Of a DNA stretch of 64,000 nt, positions 40,315 through 52,651 are shown in pieces. Both the position numbers and the translations under genes were made by a program. The notes beneath the pieces were generated by a model. It did not search any database. It saw nothing but the letters and a program-made list of their open reading frames with translations, and was not told the origin of the DNA. The stretch spans positions 76,012,001-76,076,000 of the forward strand of contig OX597831.1 of assembly GCA_951406725.2 (NCBI GenBank). The letters are read 5' to 3'. Each line of letters begins with the position of its first letter. Position 1 is the first letter of the stretch. This DNA comes from Octopus vulgaris (lineage: Eukaryota).

Positions 40315-41275
40315 CATCATGTACTTCAAGGAATTTGATATATGCTATCAAATGCCAAGGATGTAATGAAGATTACATAGGTCAAACAAAGCTTACTCTA
40401 AAAAGTAGACTGACCATTCACCGACAACAAATACGAGACCCCAGTACTAGACAGATTTCACTGAGTGGACACATAGACATATGTGCAAAAAATAAGTCTC
40501 GCAAATTCCGGATCTTCCCATTCTACCTATGTTCAGCGAATGCCACAGGTGGAGCACGGTTAAACAAAGAAAGTACTTTCATACAAAAGTACAAACCCAG
40601 GCTTAACAAACTTTAACAGAGTACGTACACAAATAACTATTCACACGCAAAATTCATTCTGCCACGTATCATGAGGAAGCTACACAGCTAACAACCTAAA
40701 CTTTAGCCACTTGACTACATACAAACAACTTCTGTCCACTCTCCCACCAGACAGATTACATTTGGCGTGCCTTGATTATAACTATGTTCACTTAACCGTG
40801 TCGACCTTCTTTTTAGGCACAAAATATACTGTCACGTGACACTAACGCACGAACGTTGCGGGAGACATACAAAATGTTTATTCTCTACAAACACTTGACA
40901 GAAAACATTCAGAGCATTGATTGTTTGGAGATGCTCAGTGAACCGTGTCAGCTTTAACTTACGATGTCAAACATTGTCACTTGATACTAACACACAGACG
41001 TAGTGGGGAACCTACAAAAATTTTTAAGATCAGTCATGTGACTATCCTCTACTAATCAAATCCTATTCAAAACATATACTAATTTGAGCCATGAACTCCC
41101 TATGAAAATAAGGCAAGCTTCAAACTCTAGTCAAAAGCAAGACATAAGCCACGTCTTTCTATTTAACCCTTTTGAAAATCAGTGTAAACTGTGAAACCGG
41201 TTAAAGCTTTTGATATATTAATAAAAATATTTTTTAACTATTCTCAGTGCATTTTCAACTTCTATTTTTCCTATA
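40315..41275 (+). mobile_element. Penelope-like element 3' part: GIY-YIG endonuclease (40335-40616), 3' UTR and pLTR
   Basis: NLIYAIKCQGCNEDYIGQT..LKSRLTIH..H..R..KESTFIQKYKPRLN; downstream degenerate hammerhead (..CAG-TGTAAA-CTG-T-GAAAC-CG-GTT at ~41170-41205) and AATAAA. Confidence 0.85.
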
Positions 41276-41604
41276 TATAGATGTTAGTTATGGTATATTG
41301 TGTTAAGAACGTAGTAGAGTACAGTGTAAAGCTTGACCACCTTCAGATTTCATCCTGTGCTCTTCAGTAGTAATAGTATTATACCTTCTTCCAGGTTTGC
41401 CTTTGGGCATTTGTCGTGTGTGAATAGAGAATTGAAAAAATTGGAGTCAGCAAGAAGGGGTACGGTTGGAAATTTAATTTTTAATCACTACAATTGTTTC
41501 TACGGAACGTAGTTCTCCAGATGTGCAGGTACTCGATTAATCAACTGTTTCCCTGCATTATGAGATCTAGTTGTGTTTCCTCGGGTGATTTTTTTCAATT
41601 ATAT

Positions 41605-41649
<45 letters not shown>

Positions 41650-42399
41650 GTTTGTCCCCACCCCCACTTAACAACCGTGTTGGTGCGCTAACGTCCCCTT
41701 AGTGGTTTGGCAAAAGACACTGATAGAATAAGTACCTGGCTTAAAAAAGTACAGGGGTCGAATCATTCGACTAAAATTTCTTGAAGGCGGTGCCCCAGCA
41801 GTCTAATGACTGAAACAAGTAAAAATTAACACATAAAAGATAATTAAAAGAGATGTAGGCACGTAAACAAATATGTAAACAAATATGGCCGCATGACATT
41901 AGAAACGGTTAAGGAGGTGTTGAAGTTTTATTGATAACTGGAATTTCTCATTTGAAATTCGGTCAAAAACATCTTAGCTTTTCTTTCTGGAACCGTCTTT
42001 CACATCCCCTCAGCACTGACAGACATTCTTTGAGAGAAAGGCTTTTAGGAAGAAGTAAGGCAAAAGTAAGAACTGTGGAATGGTAGAAACGGTAAAGAAC
42101 CAGACCGGATTCTTTATGCCTATGTTCAAAACCTACCGGGGTCGAATTAGCTTTCCGTCCTGCAAGAAGAGTTCGATAGAGTAAGTGCTGATCAATTACA
42201 TGTGTCTGACTGAATGGATGACTATCAATAATTCAATGGGATTATTGATTGCAATCGATTTCTAAAAGTTTATTTCTTTAATGAGTGTCACTGCTTTTTT
42301 TAAAGTTTATTTCATGATTACCAGGAATCAAGTTTTCAGTAACTACCAGTAATATATTGGGACTCCATTCAATCGATTACACACACATACACACACACA

Positions 42400-42461
<62 letters not shown>

Positions 42462-42497
42462 TACACACACACACATTTTCTTTACCAGTGTCTAAAT

Positions 42498-42711
42498 CAG
42501 CGGTTCTCAAACTTTTTATTATCCGGCCCTGATCCAAAACCTGGCTATTCTTTAAAGGGCCACATCGAAAGATAATTTAAATAAATAGATGGATAAAACA
42601 AAAGTCAATTGAAGAAAAATTTATTATATTTAGAGGGAAGGCCGTCGAGGCCCGCTTGAAGGAAGCTTGAGGGCCACATGCGAGCCTGGGAGCCGTAGTT
42701 GAGAACTGCCG
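42498..42711. mobile_element. hAT-Charlie-like MITE
   Basis: TIRs CAGCGGTTCTCAA / TTGAGAACTGCCG; 8-bp TSD GTCTAAAT / GTCTAACG. Confidence 0.8.
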
Positions 42712-43385
42712 GTCTAACGGCTGGGGCGATATATACTCACACGTATGTTTAGATGCGTAGATTTGAGAACAGAGGGAACAGTATGGCTGAATGGTTAAGA
42801 AGGTTGGTTCACGACCACAAGGTCTCGGTTTCGATCCCACTGCATGACATGTTGGCCAAATGACATTGTCTATAACCATAAGTAGACCTTTGATGGAAAC
42901 TGTACGGAAGCTCGTCGAGTGGATTGTACCTGTAAAACTAAAGATACAGCTTTGTCGCACGTACACGCACGCACACATACACACACGGCGCGCACACATA
43001 TACACATGCTCGCGCACAGACACACTCACACGCACACTGTGTCACGCTCATTCTGCTCGAGAATTGCATTAAGGGAATACTCACGTGTCTGTGGAGTACC
43101 CAGCCACTTACACGTTAATTCAAGAGCAGATAATTCTGTTGATTGAACAACCGAATCCTCATCGTGGAACGGCGACGGAAACCCATCACTATCATCACCC
43201 CTTGATAAGCGCTGAGCAATTACATGTAATCCATAGAATCGAAATTATTAATATATTCGCTCTGACTAATCGAATATCTTGGAGCACTTTTTCATTTTGG
43301 TTTTTAATAAACCTCAGTGATATATAAAGGCTTAAATACACAGGCGATTACATTCCTTTACAAATATAAGACTGTCTAAATAATA

Positions 43386-43450
<65 letters not shown>

Positions 43451-43451
43451 A

Positions 43452-43523
<72 letters not shown>

Positions 43524-43539
43524 GTAATAATAATAATAT

Positions 43540-44071
43540 CCAGTACCAGGCAGTGGCTCTCATAGCTTCTGATCTTAACTGATTGGAAATGTTATCATGT
43601 CTTGGCATAAAAGATGGGCTACAGCAAATATTCTGCTCAATACCACAGATTTGCTTGTCAGTTGTTTGACCTTAACCAGTTGAGCATGTCCCTTAGTGGC
43701 TGACGATATGTGCATCTCTGATCACGAGCAGAAGTAGTGGGGGACCATCATAGCCGTGTGTTGAGAGGGATTCTTTGAGGTTTGAATAATTCACCTCTAT
43801 AAACATGGGTGTTTCGTTCAACATCCTTAAACAACCCTTATTCAGGGACCTATTGAGCGGGATGGGCTACTCGACCAGAAGAAAATTCTAACTGGGCCCC
43901 ACCTGCAAGGTCATGTGCTGTTTATCTTGATATGAGATCACCATGTCGCGCACATATGGTTGTGATGCATGTGCCTGGTGTACCCTTATCAGACGGGTAG
44001 TCATGATGGGTATACTGGGCTTCGAATATTTTACCCCAGTGTCACTTTGATGGCATGAACTGCACTCTCAC
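43540..44071 (+). mobile_element. Element D
   Basis: AAT-flanked, near-identical to the other D copies. Confidence 0.88.
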
Positions 44072-44127
44072 ATAATAATAATAATAATAACAACAACAAC
44101 AACAACAACAATAATAATGATAAAAAG

Positions 44128-44540
44128 GTTTCAAATTTTGCCACAAAGGCAGCAATTGGGGGAGGAGGGGATGAGTCGATTACATAGACCCCAGAGCGTA
44201 ACTGGTACTTGTTTTATCGACCGAAAGGGGATGAAAGGCAAAGTTGACCTCGGTGGAATTTAAACTCTGAACGTAAAGATAAACGAAATACTGCTAAGCA
44301 TTTCGCCCGCCGTGCTAACGATTCTTATTTCTTTATTGCCTACCAGGGGCTAAACACAGAGGGGACACACAAAGGGATTAAGCCGATTACATCGACCCCA
44401 GTGCGTAACTGGTACTTAATTTATCGGCCCCGAAAGAATGAAAGGCAAAGTCGACCTCGGCGGAATTTGAACTCGGAACGTAACAGCAAACAAAATACTG
44501 CTAAGCATTTCGCCCGGCGTGCTAACGGTTCTGCCAGCTC
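44128..44540 (-). mobile_element. Tandem SINE A (A2 joined to an A copy at AGAATCGTTAG)
   Basis: Two A cores; minus-strand junction AAAGAAATA|AGAATCG at 44325/44326. Confidence 0.85.
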
Positions 44541-44560
44541 ATCAATTTTATAATAATAAA

Positions 44561-45107
44561 TGCAGTACCAGGCAGTGACTCTCATGGCTTCTGATCTTAA
44601 CTGATTGGAAGTGTCATCATATACATTGTTTTGTCTTGGTATAAAAGATGTGCTACAGCAAATATTCTGCTCAATACCACAGATTTGCTTGTCAGTTGTT
44701 TGACCTTAACCAGTTGACCATGTCCTTTAGTGGCTGACGATATGTGCATCTCTGATCACGAGCAGAAGTAGTGGGGGAGCATCATAGCCATGTGTTGAGA
44801 GGGATTCTTTGGGGTTTGAATAATTCACCTTCAAAAACATGGGTGGTTCGTTCAACATCCTTACACAATCCTTATTCAGGGACCTTTTGAGCAAAATGGG
44901 CTACTCGACCAGGAGAAAATTCTAACTGGGCCCCACCTGCAAGGTCATGTGCTGTTTATCTTGATATGAGATCATCATGTCGCGCACATATGGTTGTGAT
45001 GCATGTGCCTAGTGTACCCTTATCAGACGGGTAGTCATGATGGGTATACTGGGCTTCGTATATATTACCCCAGTGTCACTTTGATGTCATGCACTGCTCT
45101 CTCACTC
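44561..45107 (+). mobile_element. Element D, near full length
   Basis: AAT-flanked; ends CACTGCTCTCTCACTC|AATAAT. Confidence 0.88.
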
Positions 45108-45147
<40 letters not shown>

Positions 45148-45410
45148 TTAATGATAATAAGCAATTAGTACCTGTTGATCACTGGGGTTAATGAAATCGA
45201 CTTGCTCCCGCAAAAAATTTGCTGTCCTTGTACCTATAGCAGGAAGAATTATTAAGAATGGTGCATGCCAGAATGAAGAAACCGAGGCTAATTAGTCACG
45301 TGTTTTGAGTTCCAGCCACACCGAGGCTGACTTTGCCTTTCCTTTCTACCAAATTCAACAAACAATTAAAGGAAACTGGAAAACAAAAACGCATTGAATT
45401 GTGGGATCGA

Positions 45411-46592
45411 GATCTCGATGATAATGATGCAGTTGACATCGTTTTATTGGACTTTGCCAAAGCTTTCGACTCTGTAAACCACCGCCTATTACTTGTCAAG
45501 CTTCAAGCATATAGTTTCCATCCGGATATTATACGATGGGTTGGTGCCTTCCTCTCAGATCGCTCCTTCCAAGTCCAAGTTAATGGTTCGCGGTCCGACG
45601 TCTCCAGTGCGAGCAGTGGCGTGCCTCAAGGTTCAGTGCTTGGGCCCTTGTTGTTCTTAGTCTTCATAAATGACTTGCCCGACGACCTCACGCAACACAC
45701 CCTTCTATTTGCCGACGATATCAAACTGGTCGCTCCTCGCGGTAATATAGAGGATCTTCGTCGATGCCTCCACCAAATTTGGAAGTGGTCTAACGATTGG
45801 GACCTGTGTCTGAACGTGTCAAAGTGCTGTCATCTGCCTGTCGGCTCTACTCCTGCAACTCAACTTGATTTCGAGCCGGGTCGTCTGCTGCTGGAGAGGA
45901 CCGATCAGGTAAAGGACCTGGGTATCTTGGTGGATTCCTCCTTTTCGCCTTCGGCCCAGTGCGTCCATGCTGCCAACAAAGCACGCGGAATTCTGTTCTT
46001 GATTCGACGGTCATTCGGAATGCTCACAGCAGCCATATTCCTACCACTCTATGTCACGCTGGTGAGACCTATATTGGAGTATGGGATTCAAGCCTCTTCT
46101 CCTTATCTCCTCAAAGACATACAGCATCTCGAAAGAGTCCAGAAGCTGGCTACCCGCATGGTTCATGGTCTCAAAAATTTGTCCTACGAAGAAAGGCTGA
46201 GGACGCTCGACCTTTATTCTCTTGAAAAACGCCGCCGCCGTGGTGATCTCATTCTCGCCCACAACATCATAAGCGGAAAGTGTAACCTCTCGAAAGAGCT
46301 GTTCTTCACTCCTTCTCCAGAGCGACGGCTGCGGGGTCATTCCGAAAAGCTCTACCTGCGACGATTTCATCTCAATCGAAGGAGAGGAGCTTTCTCCGTC
46401 CGGGTTGCGGATCCGTGGAATAAGCTGCCAGACGAGATGGTGAAGATGCCGACGACCGCTTTGTTCAAAGCCTCCCTGGACCTCAAGTGGCCTGAACTCT
46501 TTACATGAACACCACCCTGTACTTAACTCCAAGTCCCCCTACATGGCCTTGCTATTTGCTTTTGAGCCAAATTAACTAAACTAACTAACTAA
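45411..46592 (+). mobile_element. 5'-truncated CR1-group LINE; RT ORF open to the stop at 46508, short 3' UTR, (CTAA)n tail
   Basis: DIVLLDFAKAFDSVNH, GVPQGSVLGPLLF, LFADDIKL, KDLG, LVRPILEY, LERVQK, SYEERL, RRRRGDLI, RGH, FSVRV..WNKLP. The ORF-track start at 45333 is read-through from flanking DNA. Confidence 0.93.
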
Positions 46593-46619
46593 TGCATTGC
46601 TCTATGACTTTTAGCAGAA

Positions 46620-47000
46620 GAAAAAGAAAACGCTGGACAGCTTCCGGTTGAGATGCTTAAGGAGAATACTGGACATGGAGTGGCTGCAAAGAGTGTGAAA
46701 CGACAGGAGACAAGAGAGAGCGGGCATCAAGAGGATGAGTGACGTAATCAGATGCGGATGCTGGAACTGGATTGGACACGCCTTTAGACAAGATCGAGAA
46801 AACGATTGCATGGTGGCACTACAGAGACAGCCTGAGGGGGAAGAGGAGCAGCAGGGCGCCCTAAAACCACATGGCGAAGGACCATTGGCAAGAAAAGGGG
46901 ACGAGAAGGCTGGAGAAGCTGGGATGAGAGCAGAACAGTGGCAGAAAACAGAGCTGGTTGGAAAGATCGTGTTGTGGCCAAATGTGCCTCATGGCATACT
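46620..47000 (+). pseudogene. RTE-clade LINE C-terminal remnant
   Basis: LDSFRLRCLRRIL..W, WNWIGHAFR, PEG.R..GRPKTTWRRT, frameshifted. Confidence 0.75.
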
Positions 47001-47132
47001 TTTGGAGCTCTTAGGTTACCGGGTGCTGGGGGTTAATCTGGACAAGATTTCCGACAAAGGTATCTTGGGCTCTTAGCAGGCCTGGGGGTATATAAATCTA
47101 CGAAATGGTTTTTTTCTATAAAAAGATATTGC

Positions 47133-47436
47133 TTTTAAATGCAGGAATATAAAAGTGAACCTGTAAGGGAGAGGCATAAAACATTTATAACCAATTATCT
47201 AATCAACGTTTGCTTATATAAGTAAAAATAAAGAAAGTTGTTGTACTTTGGGAGGGCCATGCACCCAATAAACATACGCACAGGTGGTGATTATTAAATG
47301 CCAGAATATAAAGAAGAACCCTTCAAGTATGACGTATAAAACGCTTATTGCCAACAATCCAATCAAAGCTTGTTAATGTACGAATAAAGAATAGCGTTGT
47401 ATCATGAGTGGGTCATATTGCCAACAAACACACGCA
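47133..47436. repeat. Old tandem duplication (~159-bp unit x2)
   Basis: TAAATGC..GAATATAAA..GAACC..TAAAAC..AATCAA..AATAAAGAA..TTGTA..AAACA.ACGCA twice. Confidence 0.6.
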
Positions 47437-47956
47437 TTGGTTGTACTTTTACTTTAGTTTTAGTTACATTATTTACTAATTTCCGTAAAAGTTTTCGGTA
47501 CACTGCTGTGACCTTCCCAATGATTTCACATTCATGCAAAGCCTATGACAAAAGCGAAATGAAAGTAAGGACTTTTTTTTTTTTCTTAAATAACTTTTTC
47601 GTATGAATGTCGTTTTCGTTTAGTTTTCAAGTCATGGATTTTTTCCCTTCTTCTCTGCTTATCATTTCAGTCCTGGCCTAACAACAAGTTAGATATTTTA
47701 ACACTTTTGCCGAATGAAAGCTTAAATAAACCTTCTGGATGCTAATTAACCAGAGTTTAATCTTCTTCCTCTTCAAACAAGTTTCCCAGCTGTTAATGAA
47801 TCGACGGGTAAGTGTTTGATGCCAGATTTGATGGGAGTTTAAACTTGGCAGCTAGATCTCTTGATCTACCCAAGAATATATATAAAGGATACGGTTAGAC
47901 TCTTTGGTGCTTTAGGCTGAGCAATTACATGTTTAAATGATGTACAAATCATTATG

Positions 47957-48221
<265 letters not shown>

Positions 48222-48333
48222 TGACAGAAATGACGGATTAAGGTCCCAGAATAAGTTGTTAAGGGATGCTCAACATAGTGACCAGTGTCCTAGATGTTAT
48301 ATATCCGGGTTTTGGGAGAGTTTTTCAGTCATT

Positions 48334-48556
48334 TGATCTTGGAATAATACGACTCAAGCATTCGTGATTCCAATAATTAGAAATGTCAAACATACGTGAT
48401 GTCAGCAATAGGGTAACCCAACCGTACGTGATGTCAACAAATGTATAAACCAAATATGCGTGACGTCAACATTGGGGTAACCGAAACGTAAGTGACGTCA
48501 ACAATAATATGTAACAGAGACATGTGACGTTGGCAATAATGGTTTCTGATTTACGG
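48334..48556. promoter_or_regulatory. 32-bp-period array of CRE-like motifs (candidate regulatory element)
   Basis: TGATTCCA 48365, TGATGTCA 48397 and 48429, TGACGTCA 48461 and 48493, TGACGTTG 48525. The periodicity is seen directly; function is inferred. Confidence 0.45.
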
Positions 48557-50019
48557 ACAGTAATATTGATGGGAGTTGAAATAGTCGATATCTTCGACCC
48601 CAGGATCTGACTGGAACTAAAGATATTACAATCTCGGAATGGAAGACTTGGGAATTAAATGATGCAGAGTTTCGTGTGTTTGCTGCAATGTTGATTACAA
48701 TCATCAGAGCAGACATTTTTCTAGAAGACGGGTCAGAAGAACACAAAGAATAAACACACAAGGGTAATTTTTTTTTCTAGGAAAGACTGACTGTCAATCA
48801 TTTTTCATCTATGGAATTTAACATTTTAGTTTGAAAAAGGAGTCTGTGCCCATGGACTTCATAGGCTCTCTAAAACCAGTGAGATCTGCACCAAAGGGTT
48901 GATCTATTATTATATTTTTAATAAGGCGAGAGAGAGGGAGAGAGAGAGTGGGGAGAAGGCAGTTAAGGTTACAATTTACAGGGCCTCCGAGGGTGAGAGC
49001 TGTCGTAAACTAAGAGACTTATCCCGAAAAACTGGAGACCTGCAATATTTCCTCCAATCTAGTGCTTTTGATTGGTGCTCTCTTTTTTCCTAATTGACAC
49101 TGAAAAGATAATAAAGGATTTGAACTTAGAGTTTCAGAACAAATACCACGAGGCATTTATTTGACATTTTAAGGACTCTGTTGATTTGCCGTCTAATGAA
49201 CTTATTCGCTACTTCTAGAGAATAAGGATTAGAAAAGGGTCAGTGTAGGAGCTTGGGGGTGACTCCTGTGGGTGACCTGCAGAGGGTGCAAGACGAGTAA
49301 GTCAAGAAAGCCCGAGTAGAGGTGGCACAAAAATGACACACTGTGAGGGGCAGTGATTGGAGTGTGTTTGTGATTTTGTGTCGGTCTGTACAGCAAACTT
49401 TCTTTGGATGTGCATCTGTGTATACAGCAGTGACACGATCCTATTTGTGGGAGTCGTCGGGCATTCTGGGACTCATTTAAGCTTTGTAGAGGATTAGAAG
49501 TCATTGTGGGAGGGGAAGTATTTTCTGTCGCTAAAGAGTACTGGTTTTTTCAAGTGTTGTTTTTGCTATATTTAAACGTCGAGACAATCACAAATGAACT
49601 GGAAGCGATCTGAAAGCACAGAGCTTTCCATACGCCAATTGAAACAACTTGGCGGGTTTGCAGCCTTTGAATTACCCGGAATAAAGAGAGATACGCAATA
49701 ACCTACATTCTGTCTCTCGGAAACATATTACTAGGTAAGTTAATGATTTTACCTCTTCTCACTACATCACACGAGGATCATAAAATAACTTCGTCGCCAC
49801 TCAACTACCGACTTTAAAATGTATCTAGGATCCAAATTTTGCTCATGAAAACTAAGCAAATCGCCAAAACTGTCCGCCACTATTTAATGTCAAAATTTGC
49901 TGTCTTTTTAATTCTTGGAGAAGGACTTCAATGCTACGAAGTGCTGAATGTTATGTAACCATAATTATTTAATGTACTTTATGAACGCATAGATATCATG
50001 GCGTATGATGGGTCTCCGT

Positions 50020-50372
50020 CGTTCGGGGACGAGGATTCAGTTGTTTGGTCAGCTGCATCATCTGGCACTCCGTCGGTTACGACGACGAGTGTTCCCGTTG
50101 ATCCGATTAACGGAACAGCCTGATCGTGAAATTAACGTGCAAATGGCTGAGCACTCCACAGACACGTGTACCCTTAACGTAGTTCTCGAGGAGATTCAGC
50201 GTGACAAGGCTGGCCCCTTTGAAATACAGGTACAACTCACTTTTGGCAACTGAATGAACTGCGGTAATGCGAAACAAAATGCCTTCCTTAAGGAAAAAGA
50301 CATGCCGCCAGAAATCGAACTCATGACCTTACGATCATCAGCCGAATACACTAACCACCAAGTCACGCGCCT
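50020..50372 (-). mobile_element. SINE family C
   Basis: Reverse complement of the 38494-38790 type. Confidence 0.8.
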
Positions 50373-50515
50373 TCACTGCCTTACCTGCTCTTGAATTAAC
50401 ATGCATATGACTGAGTATTCCACGAATATGTATACCCTTAACGTAATTCTCACAAAAGATCTGCAAGATAAATCGTATGTTATAAATCCACGCGACCGGT
50501 TTCTGTACGGTTTCT

Positions 50516-50918
50516 TATTTCTTTGCTGCCCACAAGGGGCTAAACATAGAGGAGACAAACAAGGACAGACAAAGGGATTGAGTCGATTACATCGACTCCA
50601 GTGCGTAACTGGTACTTAATTTATCGATCACAAAAGGATGAAAGGCAAAGTCATCCTCGGTGGAATTTGAACTCAGAACGTAGCGGCAGACGAAATACCT
50701 ATTTCTTTACTACCTACAAGGGGCTAAAGACAGAGGGGACGAATAAGGACAGACAAAGGGATTAAGTCAATTATATCGACCCCAGTGCGTAACTGGTACT
50801 TATTTAATCGACCCCGAAAGGATGAAAGGCAAAGTCGACCTCGGCGGAATTTGAACTCAGAACGTAGCGGCAGACGAAATACCGCTAAACATTTCGCCCG
50901 GCGTGCTAACGATTCTGC
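50516..50918 (-). mobile_element. Tandem SINE A2 dimer
   Basis: Two monomers joined at minus-strand AAAGAAATA|GGTATTTC (50699/50700). Confidence 0.88.
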
Positions 50919-51212
50919 TATACTGTTTCTGTCTACTGAGTTTCAGTCGCAACATATGAGTCGATCTGTGGTCATAAAAGTAACATTTTCCCAGATTCTA
51001 CGCAGTAGGATCGAACTTAGGGTCTCGTGGGTGCAGTACGAGCTTCTTAACCATTCGGCCATTGTGCAGCTCTGTCCCAACGTAGACAGCAATACGTTGC
51101 AACGAAACCTGAGAATCTACTGTCTAAGATGCCAGATGAAGATGCAGTATAAAAGAAAGATGTAGACAACAATCCCAGCGTCCATTAACCATCAAAATAT
51201 TAAACAGAAGAC

Positions 51213-51921
51213 CAGTAGTTTTCAATTGAGGCCCATGTGACCTTATCGTGTCCACCTAAGATTCCATTGTTTATTATTTATTCTTTTATTCTTGTTTTTC
51301 TTTTACTTGTTTCATGCTGCCATGCTGGAGCACTGCCTTTAGCCGATCAAATGAACCTCTGGAATTATTCTTTGTATGCCTAATACTTATTCTATTGGTC
51401 TCTTTTGCTGAACCGCTAAATTACGGGGTGCGTAAACATACCTATTTCTTTACTACCCACAAGGGGCTAAACATAGAGGGGACAAACAAGGACAGACATA
51501 GGTATTAAGTCGATTATATCGACCCCAGTGCGTAGCTGGTACTTATTTAATCGACCCCGAAAGGATGAAAGGCAAAGTCGACCTCGGCGGAATTTGAACT
51601 CAGAACGTAGCGCCAGACGAAATACTGCTAAGCATTTCGCCCGGCGTGCTAACGTTTCTGCCAGCTCGCCGTAAACATACCAACATCGGTTGTCTAGCGA
51701 TGGTGTGGGGGACAAACACAGCCACACAAATACATACACATGCGCAATAAATCGGCCACACCTCTACAATATACAAAATATTTTAACAATTTTTTATATA
51801 ATTCCTAATATCTAATTATAAAATGTGATAGGGTTGTTTAAACATCGACTGGGTATGAGGGTCCACCAGAATAAAATAGGGACCAAAGTGGTCCCCAGGT
51901 AAAAATGGTTGAGAACCACCG
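51213..51921. mobile_element. Nested insertion: hAT MITE containing SINE B (-), which contains SINE A2 (-, 51443-51669)
   Basis: MITE ends CAGTAGTTTTCAA / TTGAGAACCACCG, homologous to 57046-57301; SINE A2 TSD CGTAAACATACC at 51431-51442 and 51670-51681. Confidence 0.8.
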
Positions 51922-52335
51922 CATTTGACTGCATTACTAACAAAAGAGGTATTCCAGATTTACCATAAACTGGCAACTGAAAGGCATTAAAAGACAAACA
52001 CATTTGTAAGATGGTGGTTGAGTGACGACGAAGTTATTCGTTGCTCCAAATGTGATGTTATGAGGAGAGGTAATAATAGTATTAAAATACCCGGTAAGAT
52101 GTTTCTGGGAGACACTATAACAAGGGAAACTGGTGGAACCTATTTTAGTGTAATCGTTACTACCGACTCTTAACGTTCTGTGTTTAAATCACGTCTAGGT
52201 TGTCTTCATTTTTTTAGCCTTTCATGGTCGAGAAAATATGCTGCAGCTGAGCTTGTTCCTATCTCCCTACAATTTCGGGTCTTGCGCCAAAAGTTGAAAC
52301 ATAACATACACACACATAAATACTTACACACACAT

Positions 52336-52366
<31 letters not shown>

Positions 52367-52582
52367 CTTTATTTAAAGCAGCAGAAAATTTAACAAAACC
52401 TGTTACTCTGAGTTTCCCGTTGCCGTTCATCGGACAGTTAAACTGTCCGATGAACGGCAACGGGAAACTCAGAGTAACAGGTTTTGTTGAATTTTCTGCT
52501 GCTTTAAATAAAGCATATTACTCTACCACTGGTATTTGAGTACTCTTTTTTCCACCTTGTTTCACATTTATGTGTTTACTCC

Positions 52583-52584
<2 letters not shown>
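52367..52584. ncRNA. 147-bp palindrome (52367-52513) of a pLTR-like segment with a minimal type I hammerhead motif on each strand
   Basis: 73-bp arms, 1-nt centre at 52440, one mismatch; CTGT-CCGATGA-A-CGGCAACGG-GAAAC-TCAGA-GT-A-ACAG at 52443-52480. Palindrome is certain; ribozyme is inferred. Confidence 0.6.

Positions 52585-52651
<67 letters not shown>

Noticed and set aside
45333-45410. N-terminus of the 391-aa ORF
   Set aside because: Read-through from a SINE remnant and flank; RT homology starts near 45411.
46041-46532. 163-aa antisense ORF
   Set aside because: Shadow of the GC-richer RT frame.
48334-48556. CRISPR-like repeat/spacer look
   Set aside because: Cores only ~12-14 bp and degenerate, spacers related to each other, no cas genes, eukaryotic context.
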